Shown here: positions 1 through 12,400 of the stretch, piece by piece
Layout of the letters: the number at the start of each line of letters is the position of its first letter
Position numbering within the stretch: position 1 is the stretch's first letter
From: Auanema rhodensis
Lineage: Eukaryota; Animalia; Nematoda
DNA length: 64,000 bases
Direction: 5' to 3'
NCBI GenBank assembly: GCA_964057225.1
Contig: OZ059900.1
Coordinates: 22,320,001-22,384,000, forward strand
Position numbers and translations under genes: made by a program
Notes under the pieces: model-generated
What the model was told of the DNA's origin: nothing
Database searches by the model: none
Seen by the model: only the letters and a program-made list of their open reading frames with translations

Positions 1-20
1 GGGGTTAGAAAATTAAGCAA

Positions 21-57
21 ATTAGCATATTCTGAGGGCACGCCCCTTATGGCTAAT
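21..57. other. Intra-monomer GC-capped imperfect hairpin
   Basis: ATTAGCATA...GGGC-AC-GCCC...TATGGCTAAT. The inner GGGC/GCCC arms and the outer ATTAGC-ATA / TAT-G-GCTAAT arms share a centre. Confidence 0.7.
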
Positions 58-105
58 ATTGATTAAATCGATTTTTGTTCATATGAGTAGTCAAATGCAA
101 CGAAT

Positions 106-148
106 TTCAGCGTGTTACATACTAAAATGAAGCATTTTACATGCTGAA
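106..148. other. Intra-monomer inverted repeat (potential hairpin or cruciform), present in almost every monomer
   Basis: TTCAGCGTG[TTACATAC]TAAAATG-AAG-CATTTTACATGCTGAA. The reverse complement of the right arm is TTCAGCATGTAAAATG, so the arms are 16 bp with one G:T and an 8-nt bulge. Confidence 0.8.
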
Positions 149-170
149 CACTAGAAAAATACAAAAACAC

Positions 171-192
171 AGTATTTCCCATGAGAAATATT
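171..192. other. Intra-monomer quasi-palindrome AGTATTTC(C/T)CATGAGAAATATT
   Basis: The core TATTTCTCATGAGAAATA is a perfect 18-bp palindrome in the T variant (for example 1883-1900) and has one mismatch in the majority C variant. Confidence 0.85.
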
Positions 193-2394
193 TTATTATG
201 CTGGAAAACCAGTTTTTGGAATTTTCGCTGTAAACAAGGTTTTGACTTACGATTTCATGTGTTCAAACTCATGCAATGTCCATGAAACCTAGCTCAAAAT
301 TGTTCGTACAACGTCTAGTTCCACTTTCACGACAAAAAAACAGGGGTTAGAAAATTAAGGAAATTAGCATATTCTGAGGGCACGCCCCTTATGGCTAATA
401 TTGATTAAATCGATTTTTGTTCATATGAGTCGTCAAATGCAACGAATTTCAGCGTGTTACATACTAAAATGAAGCATTTCACATGCTGAACACTAGAAAA
501 ATACAAAAACACAGTATTTCCCATGAGAAATATTTTATTATGCTGGAAAACCAGTTTTTGGAAATTTCGCTGTAAACAAGGTTTTGACTTACGATTTCAT
601 GTGTTCAAACTCATGCAATGTCAATGAAACCTAGCTCAAAATTGTTCCTACAACGTCTAGTTCCACTTTCACGACAAAAAAACAGGGGTTAGAAAATTAA
701 GGAAATTAGCATATTCTGAGGGCACGCCCCTTATGGCTAATATTGATTAAATCGATTTTTGTTCATATGAGTCGTCAAATGCAACGAATTTCAGCGTGTT
801 ACATACTAAAATGAAGTATTTTACATGCTGAACACTAGAAAAATACAAAAACACAGTATTTCCCATGAGAAATATTTTATTATGCTGGAAAACCAGTTTT
901 TGGAATTTTCGCTGTAAACAAGGTTTTGACTTACGATTTCATGTGTTCAAACTCATGCAATGTCAATGAAACCTAGCTCAAAATTGTTTGTACAACGTCT
1001 AGTTCCACTTTCACGACAAAAAAACAGGGGTTAGAAAATTAAGGAAATTAGCATATTCTGAGAGCACGCCCCTTATGGCTAATATTGATTAAATCGATTT
1101 TTGTTCATATGAGTAGTCAAATGCAACGAATTTCAGCGTGTTACATACTAAAATGAAGCATTTTACATGCTGAACACTAGAAAAATACAAAAACACAGTA
1201 TTTCCCATGAGAAATATTTTATTATGCTGGAAAACCAGTTTTTGGAATTTTCGCTGTAAACAAGGTTTTGACTTACGATTTCATGTGTTCAAACTCATGC
1301 AATGTCAATGAAACCTAGCTCAAAATTGTTCGTACAACGTCTAGTTCCACTTTCACGACAAAAAAACAGGGGTTAGAAAATTAAGGAAATTAGCATATTC
1401 TGAGGGCACGCCCCTTATGGCTAATATTGATTAAATCGATTTTTGTTCATATGAGTCGTCAAATGCAAGGAATTTCAGCGTGTTACATACTAAAATGAAG
1501 CATTTTACATGCTGAACACTAGAAAAATACAAAAACACAGTATTTCCCATGAGAAATATTTTATTATGCTGGAAAACCAGTTTTTGGAAATTTCGCTGTA
1601 AACAAGGTTTTGACTTACGATTTCATGTGTTCAAACTCATGCAATGTCAATGAAACCTAGCTCAAAATTGTTCCTACAACGTCTAGTTCCACTTTCACGA
1701 CAAAAAAACAGGGGTTAGAAAATTAAGGAAATTAGCATATTCTGAGGGCACGCCCCTTATGGCTAATATTGATTAAATCGATTTTTGTTTATATGAGTCG
1801 TCAAATGCAACGAATTTCAGCGTGTTACATACTAAAATGGAGCATTTTACATGCTGAACACTAGAAAAATACAAAAACACAGTATTTCTCATGAGAAATA
1901 TTTTATTATGCTGGAAAACCAGTTTTTGGAAATTTCGCTGTAAACAAGGTTTTGACTTACGATTTCATGTGTTCAAACTCATGCAATGTCAATGAAACCT
2001 AGCTCAAAATTGTTTGTACAACGTCTAGTTCCACTTTCACGACAAAAAAACAGGGGTTAGAAAATTAAGGAAATTAGCATATTCTGAGGGCACGCCCCTT
2101 ATGGCTAATATTGATTAAATCGATTTTTGTTCATATGAGTCGTCAAATGCAACGAATTTCAGCGTGTTACATACTAAAATGAAGCATTTTACATGCTGAA
2201 CACTAGAAAAATACAAAAACACAGTATTTCTCATGAGAAATATTTTATTATGCTGGAAAACCAGTTTTTGGAAATTTCGCTGTAAACAAGGTTTTGACTT
2301 ACGATTTCATGTGTTCAAACTCATGCAATGTCAATGAAACCTAGCTCAAAATTGTTTGTACAACGTCTAGTTCCACTTTCACGACAAAAAAACA

Positions 2395-2736
2395 GGGGTT
2401 AGAAAATTAAGGAAATTAGCATATTCTGAGGGCACGCCCCTTATGGCTAATATTGATTAAATCGATTTTTGTTCATATGAGTCGTCAAATGCAACGAATT
2501 TCAGCGTGTTACATACTAAAATGAAGCATTTTACATGCTGAACACTAGAAAAATACAAAAACACAGTATTTCCCATGAGAAATATTTTATTATGCTGGAA
2601 AACCAGTTTTTGGAAATTTCGCTGTAAACAAGGTTTTGACTTACGATTTCATGTGTTCAAACTCATGCAATGTCAATGAAACCTAGCTCAAAATTGTTCC
2701 TACAACGTCTAGTTCCACTTTCACGACAAAAAAACA
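2395..2736. repeat. Representative consensus-type monomer (342 bp, about 66% AT)
   Basis: Monomer 8 carries none of the variants I tracked. Hand count gives 116 G+C of 342 bases, with many A/T tracts. Confidence 0.9.
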
Positions 2737-5700
2737 GGGGTTAGAAAATTAAGGAAATTAGCATATTCTGAGGGCACGCCCCTTATGGCTAATATTGATT
2801 AAATCGATTTTTGTTTATATGAGTCGTCAAATGCAACGAATTTCAGCGTGTTACATACTAAAATGGAGCATTTTACATGCTGAACACTAGAAAAATACAA
2901 AAACACAGTATTTCTCATGAGAAATATTTTATTATGCTGGAAAACCAGTTTTTGGAAATTTCGCTGTAAACAAGGTTTTGACTTACGATTTCATGTGTTC
3001 AAACTCATGCAATGTCAATGAAACCTAGCTCAAAATTGTTTGTACAACGTCTAGTTCCACTTTCACGACAAAAAAACAGGGGTTAGAAAATTAAGGAAAT
3101 TAGCATATTCTGAGGGCACGCCCCTTATGGCTAATATTGATTAAATCGATTTTTGTTCATATGAGTCGTCAAATGCAACGAATTTCAGCGTGTTACATAC
3201 TAAAATGAAGCATTTTACATGCTGAACACTAGAAAAATACAAAAACACAGTATTTCTCATGAGAAATATTTTATTATGCTGGAAAACCAGTTTTTGGAAA
3301 TTTCGCTGTAAACAAGGTTTTGACTTACGATTTCATGTGTTCAAACTCATGCAATGTCAATGAAACCTAGCTCAAAATTGTTTGTACAACGTCTAGTTCC
3401 ACTTTCACGACAAAAAAACAGGGGTTAGAAAATTAAGGAAATTAGCATATTCTGAGGGCACGCCCCTTATGGCTAATATTGATTAAATCGATTTTTGTTC
3501 ATATGAGTCGTCAAATGCAACGAATTTCAGCGTGTTACATACTAAAATGAAGCATTTTACATGCTGAACACTAGAAAAATACAAAAACACAGTATTTCCC
3601 ATGAGAAATATTTTATTATGCTGGAAAACCAGTTTTTGGAAATTTCGCTGTAAACAAGGTTTTGACTTACGATTTCATGTGTTCAAACTCATGCAATGTC
3701 AATGAAACCTAGCTCAAAATTGTTTGTACAACGTCTAGTTCCACTTTCACGACAAAAAAACAGGGGTTAGAAAATTAAGCAAATTAGCATATTCTGAGGG
3801 CACGCCCCTTATGGCTAATATTGATTAAATCGATTTTTGTTCATATGAGTAGTCAAATGCAACGAATTTCAGCGTGTTACATACTAAAATGAAGCATTTT
3901 ACATGCTGAACACTAGAAAAATACAAAAACACAGTATTTCCCATGAGAAATATTTTATTATGCTGGAAAACCAGTTTTTGGAAATTTCGCTGTAAACAAG
4001 GTTTTGACTTACGATTTCATGTGTTCAAACTCATGCAATGTCAATGAAACCTAGCTCAAAATTGTTTGTACAACGTCTAGTTCCACTTTCACGACAAAAA
4101 AACAGGGGTTAGAAAATTAAGCAAATTAGCATATTCTGAGGGCACGCCCCTTATGGCTAATATTGATTAAATCGATTTTTGTTCATATGAGTAGTCAAAT
4201 GCAACGAATTTCAGCGTGTTACATACTAAAATGAAGCATTTTACATGCTGAACACTAGAAAAATACAAAAACACAGTATTTCCCATGAGAAATATTTTAT
4301 TATGCTGGAAAACCAGTTTTTGGAATTTTCGCTGTAAACAAGGTTTTGACTTACGATTTCATGTGTTCAAACTCATGCAATGTCCATGAAACCTAGCTCA
4401 AAATTGTTCGTACAACGTCTAGTTCCACTTTCACGACAAAAAAACAGGGGTTAGAAAATTAAGGAAATTAGCATATTCTGAGGGCACGCCCCTTATGGCT
4501 AATATTGATTAAATCGATTTTTGTTCATATGAGTCGTCAAATGCAACGAATTTCAGCGTGTTACATACTAAAATGAAGCATTTCACATGCTGAACACTAG
4601 AAAAATACAAAAACACAGTATTTCCCATGAGAAATATTTTATTATGCTGGAAAACCAGTTTTTGGAAATTTCGCTGTAAACAAGGTTTTGACTTACGATT
4701 TCATGTGTTCAAACTCATGCAATGTCAATGAAACCTAGCTCAAAATTGTTCCTACAACGTCTAGTTCCACTTTCACGACAAAAAAACAGGGGTTAGAAAA
4801 TTAAGGAAATTAGCATATTCTGAGGGCACGCCCCTTATGGCTAATATTGATTAAATCGATTTTTGTTCATATGAGTCGTCAAATGCAACGAATTTCAGCG
4901 TGTTACATACTAAAATGAAGCATTTTACATGCTGAACACTAGAAAAATACAAAAACACAGTATTTCTCATGAGAAATATTTTATTATGCTGGAAAACCAG
5001 TTTTTGGAAATTTCGCTGTAAACAAGGTTTTGACTTACGATTTCATGTGTTCAAACTCATGCAATGTCAATGAAACCTAGCTCAAAATTGTTTGTACAAC
5101 GTCTAGTTCCACTTTCACGACAAAAAAACAGGGGTTAGAAAATTTAGGAAATTAGCATATTCTGAGGGCACGCCCCTTATGGCTAATATTGATTAAATCG
5201 ATTTTTGTTCATATGAGTCGTCAAATGCAACGAATTTCAGCGTGTTACATACTAAAATGAAGTATTTTACATGCTGAACACTAGAAAAATACAAAAACAC
5301 AGTATTTCCCATGAGAAATATTTTATTATGCTGGAAAACCAGTTTTTGGAATTTTCGCTGTAAACAAGGTTTTGACTTACGATTTCATGTGTTCAAACTC
5401 ATGCAATGTCAATGAAACCTAGCTCAAAATTGTTTGTACAACGTCTAGTTCCACTTTCACGACAAAAAAACAGGGGTTAGAAAATTTAGGAAATTAGCAT
5501 ATTCTGAGGGCACGCCCCTTATGGCTAATATTGATTAAATCGATTTTTGTTCATATGAGTAGTCAAATGCAACGAATTTCAGCGTGTTACATACTAAAAT
5601 GAAGCATTTTACATGCTGAACACTAGAAAAATACAAAAACACAGTATTTCCCATGAGAAATATTTTATTATGCTGGAAAACCAGTTTTTGGAATTTTCGC

Positions 5701-6498
5701 TGTAAACAAGGTTTTGACTTACGATTTCATGTGTTCAAACTCATGCAATGTCAATGAAACCTAGCTCAAAATTGTTCGTACAACGTCTAGTTCCACTTTC
5801 ACGACAAAAAAACAGGGGTTAGAAAATTAAGGAAATTAGCATATTCTGAGGGCACGCCCCTTATGGCTAATATTGATTAAATCGATTTTTGTTCATATGA
5901 GTCGTCAAATGCAAGGAATTTCAGCGTGTTACATACTAAAATGAAGCATTTTACATGCTGAACACTAGAAAAATACAAAAACACAGTATTTCCCATGAGA
6001 AATATTTTATTATGCTGGAAAACCAGTTTTTGGAAATTTCGCTGTAAACAAGGTTTTGACTTACGATTTCATGTGTTCAAACTCATGCAATGTCAATGAA
6101 ACCTAGCTCAAAATTGTTCCTACAACGTCTAGTTCCACTTTCACGACAAAAAAACAGGGGTTAGAAAATTAAGGAAATTAGCATATTCTGAGGGCACGCC
6201 CCTTATGGCTAATATTGATTAAATCGATTTTTGTTTATATGAGTCGTCAAATGCAACGAATTTCAGCGTGTTACATACTAAAATGGAGCATTTTACATGC
6301 TGAACACTAGAAAAATACAAAAACACAGTATTTCTCATGAGAAATATTTTATTATGCTGGAAAACCAGTTTTTGGAAATTTCGCTGTAAACAAGGTTTTG
6401 ACTTACGATTTCATGTGTTCAAACTCATGCAATGTCAATGAAACCTAGCTCAAAATTGTTTGTACAACGTCTAGTTCCACTTTCACGACAAAAAAACA

Positions 6499-9400
6499 GG
6501 GGTTAGAAAATTAAGGAAATTAGCATATTCTGAGGGCACGCCCCTTATGGCTAATATTGATTAAATCGATTTTTGTTCATATGAGTCGTCAAATGCAACG
6601 AATTTCAGCGTGTTACATACTAAAATGAAGCATTTTACATGCTGAACACTAGAAAAATACAAAAACACAGTATTTCCCATGAGAAATATTTTATTATGCT
6701 GGAAAACCAGTTTTTGGAAATTTCGCTGTAAACAAGGTTTTGACTTACGATTTCATGTGTTCAAACTCATGCAATGTCAATGAAACCTAGCTCAAAATTG
6801 TTCCTACAACGTCTAGTTCCACTTTCACGACAAAAAAACAGGGGTTAGAAAATTTAGGAAATTAGCATATTCTGAGGGCACGCCCCTTATGGCTAATATT
6901 GATTAAATCGATTTTTGTTCATATGAGTCGTCAAATGCAACGAATTTCAGCGTGTTACATACTAAAATGAAGTATTTTACATGCTGAACACTAGAAAAAT
7001 ACAAAAACACAGTATTTCCCATGAGAAATATTTTATTATGCTGGAAAACCAGTTTTTGGAATTTTCGCTGTAAACAAGGTTTTGACTTACGATTTCATGT
7101 GTTCAAACTCATGCAATGTCAATGAAACCTAGCTCAAAATTGTTTGTACAACGTCTAGTTCCACTTTCACGACAAAAAAACAGGGGTTAGAAAATTAAGG
7201 AAATTAGCATATTCTGAGAGCACGCCCCTTATGGCTAATATTGATTAAATCGATTTTTGTTCATATGAGTAGTCAAATGCAACGAATTTCAGCGTGTTAC
7301 ATACTAAAATGAAGCATTTTACATGCTGAACACTAGAAAAATACAAAAACACAGTATTTCCCATGAGAAATATTTTATTATGCTGGAAAACCAGTTTTTG
7401 GAATTTTCGCTGTAAACAAGGTTTTGACTTACGATTTCATGTGTTCAAACTCATGCAATGTCAATGAAACCTAGCTCAAAATTGTTCGTACAACGTCTAG
7501 TTCCACTTTCACGACAAAAAAACAGGGGTTAGAAAATTAAGGAAATTAGCATATTCTGAGGGCACGCCCCTTATGGCTAATATTGATTAAATCGATTTTT
7601 GTTCATATGAGTCGTCAAATGCAACGAATTTCAGCGTGTTACATACTAAAATGAAGCATTTTACATGCTGAACACTAGAAAAATACAAAAACACAGTATT
7701 TCCCATGAGAAATATTTTATTATGCTGGAAAACCAGTTTTTGGAAATTTCGCTGTAAACAAGGTTTTGACTTACGATTTCATGTGTTCAAACTCATGCAA
7801 TGTCAATGAAACCTAGCTCAAAATTGTTCCTACAACGTCTAGTTCCACTTTCACGACAAAAAAACAGGGGTTAGAAAATTAAGGAAATTAGCATATTCTG
7901 AGGGCACGCCCCTTATGGCTAATATTGATTAAATCGATTTTTGTTTATATGAGTCGTCAAATGCAACGAATTTCAGCGTGTTACATACTTAAATGGAGCA
8001 TTTTACATGCTGAACACTAGAAAAATACAAAAACACAGTATTTCTCATGAGAAATATTTTATTATGCTGGAAAACCAGTTTTTGGAAATTTCGCTGTAAA
8101 CAAGGTTTTGACTTACGATTTCATGTGTTCAAACTCATGCAATGTCAATGAAACCTAGCTCAAAATTGTTTGTACAACGTCTAGTTCCACTTTCACGACA
8201 AAAAAACAGGGGTTAGAAAATTAAGGAAATTAGCATATTCTGAGGGCACGCCCCTTATGGCTAATATTGATTAAATCGATTTTTGTTCATATGAGTCGTC
8301 AAATGCAACGAATTTCAGCGTGTTACATACTAAAATGAAGCATTTTACATGCTGAACACTAGAAAAATACAAAAACACAGTATTTCCCATGAGAAATATT
8401 TTATTATGCTGGAAAACCAGTTTTTGGAAATTTCGCTGTAAACAAGGTTTTGACTTACGATTTCATGTGTTCAAACTCATGCAATGTCAATGAAACCTAG
8501 CTCAAAATTGTTCCTACAACGTCTAGTTCCACTTTCACGACAAAAAAACAGGGGTTAGAAAATTAATGAAATTAGCATATTCTGAGGGCACGCCCCTTAT
8601 GGCTAATATTGATTGAATCGATTTTTGTTCATATGAGTCGTCAAATGCAACGAATTTCATCGTGTTACATTCTAAAATGAAGCATTTTACATGCTGAACA
8701 CTAGAAAAATACAAAAACACAGTATTTCTCATGAGAAATATTTTATTATGCTGGAAAACCAGTTTTTGGAAATTTCGCTGTAAACAAGGTTTTGACTTAC
8801 GATTTCATGTGTTCAAACTCATGCAATGTCAATGAAACCTAGCTCAAAATTGTTTGTACAACGTCTAGTTCCACTTTCACGACAAAAAAACAGGGGTTAG
8901 AAAATTAAGGAAATTAGCATATTCTGAGGGCACGCCCCTTATGGCTAATATTGATTAAATCGATTTTTGTTCATATGAGTAGTCAAATGCAACGAATTTC
9001 AGCGTGTTACATACTAAAATGAAGCATTTTACATGCTGAACACTAGAAAAATACAAAAACACAGTATTTCCCATGAGAAATATTTTATTATTCTGGAAAA
9101 CCAGTTTTTGGAATTTTCGCTGTAAACAAGGTTTTGACTTACGATTTCATGTGTTCAAACTCATGCAATGTCAATGAAACCTAGCTCAAAATTGTTCGTA
9201 CAACGTCTAGTTCCACTTTCACGACAAAAAAACAGGGGTTAGAAAATTAAGGAAATTAGCATATTCTGAGGGCACGCCCCTTATGGCTAATATTGATTAA
9301 ATCGATTTTTGTTCATATGAGTCGTCAAATGCAACGAATTTCAGCGTGTTACATACTAAAATGAAGCATTTCACATGCTGAACACTAGAAAAATACAAAA

Positions 9401-12400
9401 ACACAGTATTTCCCATGAGAAATATTTTATTATGCTGGAAAACCAGTTTTTGGAAATTTCGCTGTAAACAAGGTTTTGACTTACGATTTCATGTGTTCAA
9501 ACTCATGCAATGTCAATGAAACCTAGCTCAAAATTGTTCGTACAACGTCTAGTTCCACTTTCACGACAAAAAAACAGGGGTTAGAAAATTTAGGAAATTA
9601 GCATATTCTGAGGGCACGCCCCTTATGGCTAATATTGATTAAATCGATTTTTGTTCATATGAGTCGTCAAATGCAACGAATTTCAGCGTGTTACATACTA
9701 AAATGAAGTATTTTACATGCTGAACACTAGAAAAATACAAAAACACAGTATTTCCCATGAGAAATATTTTATTATGCTGGAAAACCAGTTTTTGGAATTT
9801 TCGCTGTAAACAAGGTTTTGACTTACGATTTCATGTGTTCAAACTCATGCAATGTCAATGAAACCTAGCTCAAAATTGTTCGTACAACGTCTAGTTCCAC
9901 TTTCACGACAAAAAAACAGGGGTTAGAAAATTAAGGAAATTAGCATATTCTGAGGGCACGCCCCTTATGGCTAATATTGATTAAATCGATTTTTGTTCAT
10001 ATGAGTAGTCAAATGCAACGAATTTCAGCGTGTTACATACTAAAATGAAGCATTTTACATGCTGAACACTAGAAAAATACAAAAACACAGTATTTCCCAT
10101 GAGAAATATTTTATTATGCTGGAAAACCAGTTTTTGGAATTTTCGCTGTAAACAAGGTTTTGACTTACGATTTCATGTGTTCAAACTCATGCAATGTCAA
10201 TGAAACCTAGCTCAAAATTGTTCGTACAACGTCTAGTTCCACTTTCACGACAAAAAAACAGGGGTTAGAAAATTTAGGAAATTAGCATATTCTGAGGGCA
10301 CGCCCCTTATGGCTAATATTGATTAAATCGATTTTTGTTCATATGAGTCGTCAAATGCAACGAATTTCAGCGTGTTACATACTAAAATGAAGTATTTTAC
10401 ATGCTGAACACTAGAAAAATACAAAAACACAGTATTTCCCATGAGAAATATTTTATTATGCTGGAAAACCAGTTTTTGGAATTTTCGCTGTAAACAAGGT
10501 TTTGACTTACGATTTCATGTGTTCAAACTCATGCAATGTCAATGAAACCTAGCTCAAAATTGTTTGTACAACGTCTAGTTCCACTTTCACGACAAAAAAA
10601 CAGGGGTTAGAAAATTAAGGAAATTAGCATATTCTGAGGGCACGCCCCTTATGGCTAATATTGATTAAATCGATTTTTGTTCATATGAGTAGTCAAATGC
10701 AACGAATTTCAGCGTGTTACATACTAAAATGAAGCATTTTACATGCTGAACACTAGAAAAATACAAAAACACAGTATTTCCCATGAGAAATATTTTATTA
10801 TGCTGGAAAACCAGTTTTTGGAATTTTCGCTGTAAACAAGGTTTTGACTTACGATTTCATGTGTTCAAACTCATGCAATGTCAATGAAACCTAGCTCAAA
10901 TATGTTCGTACAACGTCTAGTTCCACTTTCACGACAAAAAAACAGGGGTTAGAAAATTAAGGAAATTAGCATATTCTGAGGGCACGCCCCTTATGGCTAA
11001 TATTGATTAAATCGATTTTTGTTCATATGAGTCGTCAAATGCAACGAATTTCAGCGTGTTACATACTAAAACGAAGTATTTTACATGCTGAACACTAGAA
11101 AAATACAAAAACACAGTATTTCCCATGAGAAATATTTTATTATGCTGGAAAACCAGTTTTTGGAATTTTCGCTGTAAACAAGGTTTTGACTTACGATTTC
11201 ATGTGTTCAAACTCATGCAATGTCAATGAAACCTAGCTCAAAATTGTTCGTACAACGTCTAGTTCCACTTTCACGACAAAAAAACAGGGGTTAGAAAATT
11301 AAGGAAATTAGCATATTCTGAGGGCACGCCTCTTATGGCTAATATTGATTAAATCGATTTTTGTTCATATGAGTCGTCAAATGCAACGAATTTCAGCGTG
11401 TTACATACTAAAATGAAGCATTTTACATGCTGAACACTAGAAAAATACAAAAACACAGTATTTCCCATGAGAAATATTTTATTATGCTGGAAAACCAGTT
11501 TTTGGAAATTTCGCTGTAAACAAGGTTTTGACTTACGATTTCATGTGTTCAAACTCATGCAATGTCAATGAAACCTAGCTCAAAACTGTTCCTACAACGT
11601 CTAGTTCCACTTTCACGACAAAAAAACAGGGGTTAGAAAATTAAGGAAATTAGCATATTCTGAGGGCACGCCCCTTATGGCTAATATTGATTAAATCGAT
11701 TTTTGTTCATATGAGTCGTCAAATGCAACGAATTTCAGCGTGTTACATACTAAAATGAAGCATTTTACATGCTGAACACTAGAAAAATACAAAAACACAG
11801 TATTTCCCATGAGAAATATTTTATTATGCTGGAAAACCAGTTTTTGGAAATTTCGCTGTAAACAAGGTTTTGACTTACGATTTCATGTGTTCAAACTCAT
11901 GCAATGTCAATGAAACCTAGCTCAAAATTGTTCCTACAACGTCTAGTTCCACTTTCACGACAAAAAAACAGGGGTTAGAAAATTTAGGAAATTAGCATAT
12001 TCTGAGGGCACGCCCCTTATGGCTAATATTGATTAAATCGATTTTTGTTCATATGAGTCGTCAAATGCAACGAATTTCAGCGTGTTACATACTAAAATGA
12101 AGTATTTTACATGCTGAACACTAGAAAAATACAAAAACACAGTATTTCCCATGAGAAATATTTTATTATGCTGGAAAACCAGTTTTTGGAATTTTCGCTG
12201 TAAACAAGGTTTTGACTTACGATTTCATGTGTTCAAACTCATGCAATGTCAATGAAACCTAGCTCAAAATTGTTTGTACAACGTCTAGTTCCACTTTCAC
12301 GACAAAAAAACAGGGGTTAGAAAATTAAGGAAATTAGCATATTCTGAGAGCACGCCCCTTATGGCTAATATTGATTAAATCGATTTTTGTTCATATGAGT

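Noticed and set aside
1-8. Telomere-like GGGTTAG, and the TTTAGG variant
   Set aside because: There is a single copy per monomer and no tandem telomeric run.
35-57. Helitron-like 3' end (GC hairpin followed by CTAA/CTAG then T)
   Set aside because: The hairpin core is only 4 bp and there is no 5'-TC at the would-be head-to-tail junction, so the evidence is too weak.
1-342. Primate alpha-satellite dimer (2 x 171 bp)
   Set aside because: The length matches, but I see no alphoid motifs and the two 171-bp halves do not visibly align with each other.
1-342. 5S rRNA, tRNA or snRNA tandem gene unit
   Set aside because: I could not recognise a 5S or tRNA sequence or Pol III A/B/C boxes, and the unit is uniformly AT-rich.
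431-447. CENP-B box-like motif on the minus strand (ATTCGTTGCATTTGACG)
   Set aside because: It matches TTCG and the central A but has TGAC in place of the required CGGG (6 of 9 essential positions), so it is not a functional box by the canonical definition.
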